This document shows, piece by piece, positions 33,100 to 43,157 of a DNA stretch of 43,157 nt (the stretch's first letter is position 1; each line of letters opens with the position of its first letter). Below the pieces are notes generated by a model. The model had not been told where the DNA came from and searched no databases. It saw nothing but the letters and a program-made list of their open reading frames with translations. The stretch is from Octopus bimaculoides. Taxonomy: Eukaryota. Made by a program: the position numbers and the translations under genes. Location of the stretch: contig NC_068982.1 of NCBI RefSeq assembly GCF_001194135.2, positions 151,042,082 to 151,085,238 of the forward strand, read 5' to 3'.

Positions 33100-33100
<1 letters not shown>
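32639..33100 (-). mobile_element. R4/Dong-like family A, copy 2 (gap inside)
   Basis: 5' part differs from 1018-1184 at only 2 positions by eye; same 3' terminus ...AAAACTACTGAAC then (AAT)n; 5' end joins (AAT)n at HRHD. Confidence 0.92.
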
Positions 33101-33155
<55 letters not shown>

Positions 33156-33160
33156 TATTA

Positions 33161-33206
<46 letters not shown>

Positions 33207-33208
33207 GA

Positions 33209-33373
33209 AGGTGGCGTACTGGCAGAAACGTTAGCATGCAGGGAAAAATGCTTAGTGGCATTTCGTCCATCTTTACGATCCGAGTTCAAATTCCACTGAG
33301 TTCGACTTCGCCTTTCATCCTTTCGACTCGATCCCGCCCCAAAGTTGCTGGCCTTGTGCTAAAATTTGAAACC
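33209..33373 (+). mobile_element. SINE family A copy with internal deletion
   Basis: GGTGGCGTACTGGCAGAAACG...GAGTTCAAATTCC...AAATTTGAAACCATTATT. Confidence 0.85.
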
Positions 33374-34551
33374 ATTATTATAATTGTTGTTGTAAGGTCC
33401 AGGATTTGGGCTATCATTCCTATGCCGACTATTATATAAAAATTGTTACTGCTTTTAATCTCCAAATTCTGGTTATCTCTGTTTCGAGATCTTTATATTT
33501 TGAGTGGCGTAGTTTTAAAATTCAGTCATTATTTTCTTTGTCTTTCTACTTAGTCGTGTTAATTTACTTAGAGTTCTGTTGAGAATATTATAGCTGTGTA
33601 GATTATTACTAGGACAGTAATGTCTTTTACCGTCTTTTATTTTCAGAAATTTGGCACTACTTTAAATCGCAATTTCATGCCTCGATGAAATATTTCTTCT
33701 TAATATTTTCTTTCATTTGTGTGCTTTTTACTCTGTCTAGTTCAAGCGACTGTGTAGAATAAAAAAAATCTATCGGCTTTTCCCAAGATTGATTATATAT
33801 TTTATATCCAGCATTTTGAAGACAATAGTTTGGTCGTAGTTTACCAAACTGATTAACCATAGGTTCTAAGCATTTTCGATATCGAGGTCAACAAAAATTA
33901 TGTGTACAAACTTGGGCAGTGTAAAGATATTTTTGTTCGACTGATCGTTTTATCGGTAATTTCCGTGTCATGCGTATCTTTCACTATTGGCACACTTACG
34001 TACACACACGCTCGACGGATTCCTGCATACACTCGGGAACAGGAGGTGCAGGGATGCAAGAGCGCCATATGAAATTACTTGGGATAATGAAAAAACTTTG
34101 AACATCCTCGGTTGAACTTGGGTTTGCATCCCCAAAGCAAATTTCGTTCCTGCGCTTATGGACTTCTGTCCTTTAAATTAAACTCATAAAGTATTCGTCA
34201 ACCAGAGTTTGTAGTATGAGACACTCAATGTGCGGCGTAGAGGGATGAAAGCTGAAATTACGTTGTTGTAAAGAGGTCTACTAAAAGACAAAGCAATGTT
34301 TTCTTCACATTATATGTTAAGGATGAATATGTACTGAATGTAAAATATATCTCAACTATTTTTGTTTCTCTGAAAAGTTACAATATACAGCAACAGAATA
34401 TGTTGGTTGAGAAGATAGAATGTGAATGAACCAGCAGAGTCAACTAGCAAATACAAGTATGATAAACTGTTTACCTACAAGAAATAGCAATCATATATAC
34501 CGCATATCATAATTTTCTGTTTAACCTGGGGTTAAAAGCATTGATATAGAC

Positions 34552-34770
34552 AACAACAGAATTAACATCACCACCAGCAGCAACAGCAGCAGTAGCAACA
34601 TCAACAGGAATAGGAGCAGCGACATCAACGTTATCATGATCATCACCGCTGCAACCACCACCACCACCACCACTGCCGCCGCCGCCACCGCCGCCACCAC
34701 CANNNNNNNNNNCCACCACCACTGCCGCCGCCGCCACCGCCAACAACAACAGTAACAATAACATGACCAC
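34552..34770. repeat. Compound trinucleotide repeat (CAA/GCA/CCA/CCG)
   Basis: Direct reading; explains the poly-G/A/V ORFs. Confidence 0.85.
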
Positions 34771-36085
34771 GTCATTCCGAACATTGCTCTTGCACGTGAT
34801 GGTAATTTACAATCCAAGAAAAAATGTGCGAAGTGTGTAAACAACTGAGAATCGTAACTCACACCAAAGATCGAGTGAGGACTTCAGTTTCTGCGGCAAC
34901 AGTCTAGAATCAGAGGAATAAATGATGATAATAAGAATCAGAAGAAAACCTACAAATTTGATGTTATCTTTGATCGATTTTGTTGCTAAAGTACACCTAG
35001 CACAGATCGAAACTTCTACTATTTGGACATTGAATGTGTTATTGTATTGTATTACAATTACCATTGGACAACAATTGGGTGCAGCCGAGATCGATCGGAA
35101 ATGACAGGAAATGATAGGAACACTACCAAAAATAGATCAACCTTTCTTCAAAATAACATCAACAGATTATGGGGAAACATCGGACAAATGGGGAGGGTAA
35201 TACCATTTGGTGCCAAATAAACAATAAATTTACAACCTTGCAGCTACAACTTAATGATAGGGTATTTTAAATATATATATATAGGAATCGACCATTGTAG
35301 ACAACAAGTCAACTTTATGGTTCTTAAACAAAAACTATATGAAGTAACTAAAAAATCTTTGCTTCCGTAAATTTGTATCGGGTATATTATTTACACTGTA
35401 GCATGAAAACCCAAAAACTGAGAATAGTAGGCATTCCGCTCTAGGATGGTTCGAAGAGATTTTGTGGGAAGAATCTGTAGTGTATCTAAACAGAACAATC
35501 ACAGTAACTAAACAAGTTACAGAGCGAATACTGTGGAGTGCTTGACCTAAAGTTTATGATGATTTCTTTGAAATAATTAAATTAAAAACTTGAGGGAGGG
35601 ACATAGTCGGATATTGGAATAGGATGGCACGTTCTATATGATTCTTGGCCACATGTTAAAAGAAAAATAATGAATGCCGAGTTTGGCATGCCAGACTATT
35701 TAGTAGTTAAACGGTCAACCCTCAGAGCTAAAGATAGGGAGATGTGTATCGCAAAAAGCTATCGATTTATAGCGTACTTGAACGTTACATATAAATTATA
35801 TATGTTGCTTAAATACGTTCCTCTAAGTCTACTGTGAAATAAACATAGTGATTAATGAGTAAGAAGTGAGCGAAATGAAAGTGGGTTTTGGTTAGTCCTA
35901 ACGAATCTACATAAACAAATCTGCCTTCAATAGACTAAGCAGGTATTTGTCCCTTAATTATGGCTACTTGAGTAACTCTGCCTTGTCAAAGCATCGAATA
36001 TGGCTAACATTGGTCTATCTATTTCCTTTGAGGATTACTAGAAATATTTTGTTTATAATTATCTAATGCTTTAGTTAAACAATAG

Positions 36086-36122
36086 TTTCAGGAACCCTGA
36101 AATAGTTTCAGGGTTCCTGAAA
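36086..36122. repeat. Perfect 17-bp inverted repeat with 3-nt spacer; each arm is itself a hairpin
   Basis: TTTCAGGAACCCTGAAA-TAG-TTTCAGGGTTCCTGAAA. Confidence 0.95.
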
Positions 36123-36291
36123 ACAAACTTTTGAAATTCAACAATTCTTTGTTATGAACAATCTAAGTAAGTCATTTTTTTTTGGCGACATAATTTAGTT
36201 AAAGGAGGGAGAAAATTGTTCATGACCTTATGAGGCCTCCTGACTGAAGGACAGTAGAAAGTTATCCTGAGACCGGAGACGTGGCCTTTAA

Positions 36292-36507
36292 TCATTTAGG
36301 ATTAAAACCGTTCATATCCAACCTGAATATTCTGTTTTATGTTGAAATCGGCTACATTTAACCTCTCACATCTATCCTACAATGTCATTCTAAAAACAAA
36401 CAATCACATCGTCAAAATCTTAAAACTACGAAATGATGCATGATTAATTCAAAACAATGTGAATAAATATGCCTTACATTTGATAGAGTAATCTGAATGC
36501 TAAATGG
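36292..36507. mobile_element. piggyBac-like MITE (216 bp) with TTAA TSD
   Basis: TTAA at 36288-91 and 36508-11; imperfect TIRs TCATTTAGGATT / AATGCTAAATGG. Confidence 0.7.
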
Positions 36508-39489
36508 TTAACACCTGTAACTGAATGAATTCCTATAAAAGAATGTAAGGGTCAAGTGATGGTGCTAAATTGGCCAACGGATTAAGTCAAAAATAAGGGC
36601 AGTCTCTTCACACACTTTCAAAGTGTCAAATTCAGCAAAAAAATAAATCTGAGGCTAAGATAGAAAACATTTGTTCAAATGAAACTGATCCTGAAATCAC
36701 GTACTTGTGAAGCGAATTTGTTAATTACACATTGCTTCCGCCCAATTGTAAGCCATCATTCATTAAGCCATGCATAAACTGTAATATAATAAGTCTATTT
36801 ATTTACAACATCCAATTCGCCATGTTATGGAAAAACAACTAATGGTCATCATTAAGACAATATACAAACATTAGAAAAAATTGTTATAAATAAAATAATT
36901 TTTTAGGGGTGGAGAATTGGTAGTATTTATGGCAGTTTTATAAACAAACGATAATTTATTCACGGGTGTTTGCCAGATTAATATTATTTTTATTCGTCTT
37001 TTGCAATGGTAATAATTTGTTGTTTCTTCCTAGGCAGTAAGTGTTATTTGCTAATAGCTTGTGTTGGAAATGCATATAAAATGGCTATCATCTCCTTCAA
37101 ACTTTGCTTGTGACCTAGATGATATTTTGTAATTTACGTATTTCTAATAGGAAAACGGTCGAGTTTGCACAATTTTATTCACATCAGGTCAGAAAAGAAC
37201 AATATAGGAATCAGGCTTAATATGTACTCATACTTTGTGAACACAAGTGAACAGGGTTGACGTGAGGAGAGTTTAAGATTTTTTATTCTAATTTAAATCA
37301 ATTTCAACGACATCCCACGCACCCCACCCGAAATAATCTTCCATCATATTTTCATTATGCGTTCTTTGGTAGCGGAGCTCAAAATCTAGTATATCTTGGC
37401 GAAAGCGCTTGCCTTGATCTGCGTAAGTTCCCATGTTGAATTTAACAATTTGGGCGTCTTGGATACAAAATTTCGAGTATCCTACATTTCATTTTCTTCA
37501 CCGGTCTCGCCACATAATTTTGCCCAGAAAACAGCGAATGACTGAAAAAAACCTCCAAAACCTCGTTGTTTCAAGTTGCATTCTCCTTTCTACTATTTAT
37601 CGAGGGGAATTTTGTGCACTCCTGGTTTTTTATTCTTTTGTTCTACAAAAACACCTACTTTATCTTTTGTTGCAATCTCCTTATCAAAAGCCGCGATAAT
37701 TGTTTCATAAGACTTAATTTTATGTACAGTGTCAGAAACAGCACTTTTCAGAAAGTCACCAAAGGTTCATACTTTTTAATCATATACGTAAGGCCTCTAG
37801 AAGGTGTTCACGCTGTTGTATTCTTCTCTGAGGCACATTGAGTAGTCGGGGAAGAGATGGATACTTTTCTCATTATGACACAGTATGGCGGAGAAGCTCT
37901 TTGATGAGCTGTCAATGAAGAGACGTCACTCATTTGGATTTCAAGCAATTCCGATTGTGCACAAACAAACATTTTAATATCATATTACAGTGAAAACATT
38001 GATTGAGCACCAACTGTCAAATCGTTGGTTTGTACACTATAATCAGTACATATTGTACTAGGCCAAATAACTTACAATAGCCTGTTCCACCTAGTTGTTA
38101 ATGGATACAGTGGAGCGGCATAAGGTTATCCGTTGCTGGAAGTGGAGGCATTTTATATTTCAAACATACTTTGTCCGTAAATTTATCGCTACTGGATTAA
38201 AAATTTTCCTTTGAACCTTCTGAAGACAAATGGGACAACTTCCTAGGACAATATTGTCTAAAAATTCTGCTAAAATGGTTTTATCTCTGGAAGCTGCAAT
38301 CGATTATAGAATCTGCGTAGAAGAATATTACAAATTATGCATAATAATCATTTCTAACTTTAATAAATAATGATTTCTCGCTTAGAATTGCTGTACATTA
38401 ATAGATTGACAAGTATTAATAGTTGATCACACATCAAATTAAATGATATTTTGTATGGAAGTAATAATCAATCATAGAATGGAACAAATCCATTTACAAT
38501 ATATGTTAGGGTAAAACACTTACCCTATAATATGATCTTGAGGAATATATTATTCATAGTACGGTGAAAGCTGTTGATTAAATCATGGATAATATTATCA
38601 AACGGCTGTTATTATCAAAAGTTATATCCTGCATTTATCAACTGGCTCTGTTTAAAACTGTTCAAATAAGCGGCTTCCACAGTGTATATTTCTCATATGT
38701 AAGTGTGGTTGGGTGAGAGGGGTGATTATTTGCACCATATGGCATATGAGGATAATATTACAGCCAAAGTTCTATCACATACATATCTCTCTATTGGTTG
38801 CATAGAAAATTAGATGGCGAGTATATTTATGATCAGGTATTTATTTCCGAAGACATATTTTCAGTGTTACATCTTTTACATTTCCTTACTTGAAATATAT
38901 ATATGCATGTAGTTTATAATTCTATTATCTAATGCATCATATGTTGCATACACTATACGAATGTCTCTCTCTCTCTATATATATATTACACAAACACTTG
39001 AATATATTCATAAACATATGCATATGTACGTATATGCAGATATATTTATATAACTGTCTAGTTGCTGTCGTTTAACTTTCCGTAAAGGCGATTTGTTTTT
39101 GGGTCTATCTCTTTATTGTCATGACAGGAAACTGAAAGCAGAACATACACACAAGAACACAGTAATCGCACTGGTCAGTTAATATTCAAATGTATATAAT
39201 TAGTACTTACATTAAGGTAACATACACTGCTATGAAAAAGTGAGTCATAGAATACAGATAGGATACTATACGAATATTTTTACATACTGTAATTCTAAAC
39301 GAATAAAGGTCTCTTTAAACACACTTTCAATGTGTGGCTTGATATTGATGATACAACAAATACAAGGCCTGCATTTGTGGGTGAGGGGCCTTGTCGATAA
39401 TTAATTGGATGTAATTATTGGGCGTTGTGAGGTATTGAGTGCTGGATTCTGAAATTTACAACGTTTAGACCAAAACAGTAATAAATAAT

Positions 39490-39703
39490 GGTTTCAAATT
39501 TTGGTATAGGGCCAGCAGTTTTTGATTGAAGGGAGTTAGTCGATTACATCGATCCCAGTGCTCGACTGATACTTATTTTATCGACCTCGAAAGGATGAAA
39601 GGCAAAGCAGACCTCGGGGGGAATTTGTATTCAGAACGTGAAGTCGAACTAAATGTCGCTAAGCATTTTGTGCGGCTTGCTTACGATTCTGCCAGCTCGC
39701 CGT
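39490..39703 (-). mobile_element. SINE family A copy, full length
   Basis: Same consensus, with a short (ATT) tail. Confidence 0.9.
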
Positions 39704-40683
39704 CGTCAAAACGGTAATAGATAATACAAATAATCATAAAATACCTAAAATATTCAAAATACATATACACGAAAGCACTCAGTTACAAAGTTCTACCACC
39801 ACCTGTAGCTGCTATTTAACATTTAACAAGACCTGGTTGCTCTGCCTTTCTTCGGTGAGAAGAAAGCAATTAAATCATTATCAAAGAAGACTCCTGCGGG
39901 ATGATTGTAGTCAGTACAGGTCTTTGTTCTCTCGTTAAACCTGTTAAAGCATCTGCTCAAAATATGGCGTTTAATGAAATAGATACCCTGAACCCAAATA
40001 TATCTTAATATATCTTTTCTTTGTAGATAACTTGAAACTGAATGAATCGAGCATTATCTACATCAATAAACAAGTGTATCTCATTACACAAAATCTCATA
40101 GAAATTGAAATGAAATTTCGCTAGATCTTCAATTGTGCACTTTAGTGATAAGATGAACCCCCCCCCCTGCTCTCTGTTAAATATTCTTAACATGAATGAA
40201 ATCACAACAATGCTTGTAAAGCTGGGTAAGAACAAGTGTCTTGAACAAAATGGCAGATAACTTAAGGCGAGAGAAAAATANNNNNNNNNNNNNNNNNNNN
40301 NNNNNNNNNNNNNNNNNNNNNNNNNNNNNNNNNNNNNNNNNNNNNNNNNNNNNNNNNNNNNNNNNNNNNNNNNNNNNNNNNNNNNNNNNNNNNNNNNNNN
40401 NNNNNNNNNNNNNNNNNNNNNNNNNNNNNNNNNNNNNNNNNNNNNNNNNNNNNNNNNNNNNNNNNNNNNNNNNNNNNNNNNNNNNNNNNNNNNNNNNNNN
40501 NNNNNNNNNNNNNNNNNNNNNNNNNNNNNNNNNNNNNNNNNNNNNNNNNNNNNNNNNNNNNNNNNNNNNNNNNNNNNNNNNNNNNNNNNNNNNNNNNNNN
40601 NNNNNNNNNNNNNNNNNNNNNNNNNNNNNNNNNNNNNNNNNNNNNNNNNNNNNNNNNNNNNNNNNNNNNNNNNNNNNNNNNNN

Positions 40684-40756
<73 letters not shown>

Positions 40757-41554
40757 TAATATTAAAAGAGTGTACTTCAAATGAAAAAGGCAAACCGTAG
40801 TGAGAATAAACCACATTAAAGCATAGCAGGATGCAACGGCAAATTTATAACATCTCACCTGGAAGGTTACATTTAAGCAATCCTGGTGCAAGAAATCCCC
40901 ACCAAATATTTTCCAAACAAAAAATTAAAGAACAATCAGTTGACAATTGAAAATATCAGCTACACAATTGCTGAATGTGAAAGAATGTCTGAAAAATACC
41001 AGTGCTGCATGAGGCATAATATGGTTGCAATAGTAATCTAGAATATAATCAGAATCAGAAATATAACAACAATCAATAAGGTGAGTTCACTGCAACAAAT
41101 GAATGAAAAGGATATTAGCAGAAACTAAAAGTAATTAAAAAAGCATCCAACCAAAATTGAAACAGAACTGATATATTCCATATTTTTGTTTGGGGCCACA
41201 ATGTAAAAATATGTGCTGCTGTGAAGTTCACGACAATGTAGGAAAAAGTACAGAGGAAAAGCATTAACGAATCACTAGTAAAGTAAGAGTCTTGAAAAAT
41301 AGTTCCGAAATTACTCTTTAAATTCATACTCTTTGTTATTAGGACGACAGGATATAAATCAAACTGCTCGGATCAATGTTAGAACTTCGAGATAGAAAGA
41401 GCTCTATACTTCATGCGCTATTATGTAATTTCAAATTGTGTTCACCATCAACTGTGGATAACTACAATCATTTGATAAGACTACACACGCACACACACGC
41501 GCGAGCGCATATATTCTAAAAACACCTATAAAAGCAGCAGTTTGACACATCATG

Positions 41555-41800
41555 TTACAGTCTGGAGTCACTGGGTGTTTCAGATCTTACATCATACACC
41601 TTTATCCAGGCAACCTGATCTACGTCGGTCATCTCTTTTCATCTTGACTCTTCTAGATGCTTTTTTCAGCAGCCTCTAGGATATTCTTGGTGCCTCCACT
41701 ACTCATTCCTCACATAGTAAGGCTTCATAAGCTTTACTGAGGGAACCACCTGCGAATCCTCGACTGCACACTTCCAGAGGTAATCAGGCAATTATGCAAG
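41555..41800 (-). mobile_element. Decayed 3' end of a HERO-like RLE non-LTR retrotransposon
   Basis: LPLEVCSRGFAGGSLSKAY...KNILEAAEK/ASR..KMKR resembles the HERO PIEVGCRGFAG...EAAEKASRWLWIKR tail; 3' UTR GGTGTATGATGT..GA.CTGAAACACCCAGTGAC. Confidence 0.65.
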
Positions 41801-41894
41801 TCTCCACCATTTCATGGTGCTTTGTTCACTTTCTCTTTTGCACTACACACACACGCGCGCATATGCACGCGTGCATGCGCACGCACACGCATTT

Positions 41895-41993
41895 TAAAGC
41901 CTGGTACTTATTCTCTCGGTCTTTTTATGCCGAACCGTTAAGTTACAGGGACATAAACACAGTCCTCAGCGCGCACGCGCGCACGCGCGCACG

Positions 41994-42029
<36 letters not shown>

Positions 42030-42145
42030 GCTTCTTTCAGTTTCCGTCTACGAAATCCGCTTACAAGGCGGATTTGGTAGACGAGGCTACAGCTGAAGAC
42101 ACTTACCCAAGTGGGACTGAATCTAGACCCATTTAGTTGAGAAGC
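41895..42145 (-). mobile_element. SINE family B copy, deleted and rearranged
   Basis: GCCGAACCGTTAAGTTACAGGGACATAAACAC and CTTCTTTCAGTTTCCGTCTAC match 11350-11490. Confidence 0.8.
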
Positions 42146-42659
42146 TTATATGCGTCTATATATGTGTGCGTGTGTGTGTGCATGTATATGAGTGTGTGTG
42201 TTCATGTGTTTGTGTGCACACACACATACATGCATAAACACACACACACACACACACTAACACACACACCATTTCTTACTTTACAGAAAGATATAAATGC
42301 CAAAGAATTAAAAAAAAAAAACGAGCTGTTTAACGAATAGAAGAAACTAAAATAGTACCACACTTAATAATTACGAGTCGATATAATGAACTAAATTGAT
42401 GAGACAGTGCTCCATCTCTGCCGCAATTTAATGACTGAAACTAGTAAATGTATTAAAAAATATATATGCTTATACATATACAAACATACATGAATACGTA
42501 ATGCACCCACACATAGATACATACAATCATATATAGATATATATAAGTGCAATCATCCATGTATATATGAATGCATATTCATACATACAAACATAATACT
42601 TCAGTACATATACATGCCTACGTACATGCATACATACATACATACACACATACATACAA

Positions 42660-42783
42660 ACAAAAATACCCTGATGTTGTTGTTGAAATTCCAATGAAGG
42701 TTCCAATGAAGAAACCTTGGGTCTAGGTTAGAAACCGGTTCTTTCTCTGTTGGCAAGAAATCTTGAAATAAACTGAATAATGA
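42660..42783 (+). mobile_element. Short retroposed 3'-end fragment embedded in (CATA)n
   Basis: Complex 120-bp segment (CCCTGATGTTGTTGTTGAAATTCCAATGAAG...AATAAACTGAATAATGA) with (CATA)n on both sides; contains a 12-bp tandem duplication TTCCAATGAAG(G). Confidence 0.5.
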
Positions 42784-43004
42784 CATACATACATACATAC
42801 ATAGATACATACATACATGTATGAGTAAATACATACCTACTAAGGCAATCGCCGGTGCAGGAATGCATATACACACATGTACGTGTAAATATATTCTAGC
42901 TAGTATCAAATCGTTTGCTTGAGGTGAATTATGACTACAGTGAGTTTAATTAATACTGAATGAATCGTCATAATTTGCATTATCATCATTTGATATCTTT
43001 ATCA

Positions 43005-43157
43005 GAGAGAGAGAGAGAGAGGGAGAGAGAGAGAGGGAGAGAGAGAGAGAGAGATAAAGAAAGAACGGGAGGAAGAAAGTGAAAGAGGGCGCAAGGCAGA
43101 GACGGAGGAGAGGGAAGGCAGAGAAATGGAGTGGGAGAACGAGAGGGGAGCTAAATG
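43005..43157. repeat. (GA)n / purine-rich microsatellite; others at 17652-17755 and 18645-18810
   Basis: Direct reading. Confidence 0.9.

Noticed and set aside
37300-37850. Mildly CpG-rich stretch with short ORFs as a promoter or first exon
   Set aside because: No recognisable protein, core promoter arrangement or convincing splice pair.
40845-41090. Good donor sites (minus CAG|GTGAGA near 40858; plus AAG|GTGAGT near 41080)
   Set aside because: Adjacent frames contain stops or give only a 24-nt microexon, with no recognisable protein.

Overview
Eukaryotic, AT-rich, microsatellite-dense and repeat-dominated DNA with many N gaps, mostly beside (TA)n or (CA)n runs. I found no supportable host protein-coding gene; most ORFs in the track are microsatellite or N artefacts. 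The SINE families and TTAGGG repeat suggest a coleoid cephalopod such as Octopus (inference from recalled repeat families, not a database search). The window is a layered record of mobile elements: (1) several 5'-truncated non-LTR retrotransposons with restriction-like endonuclease (RLE; R4/Dong-like and HERO-like), stacked in (TAA)n arrays or flanked by (CATA)n; (2) Penelope-like elements with hammerhead ribozyme motifs; (3) RTE LINE 3' ends; (4) three tRNA-derived SINE families; (5) a maT-like Tc1/mariner element interrupted by a Merlin-type MITE (GG termini, 8-bp TSD) with an inverted (CCCTAA)n/(TTAGGG)n core, plus a second copy 0.7 kb away; (6) a non-autonomous Helitron, a TTAA piggyBac-like MITE and an old foldback MITE. 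The most interesting signals are the microsatellite-targeting RLE stacks tied to SINE tails, a possible (CATA)n-specific RLE lineage, the telomere-repeat MITE and non-canonical hammerhead cores.
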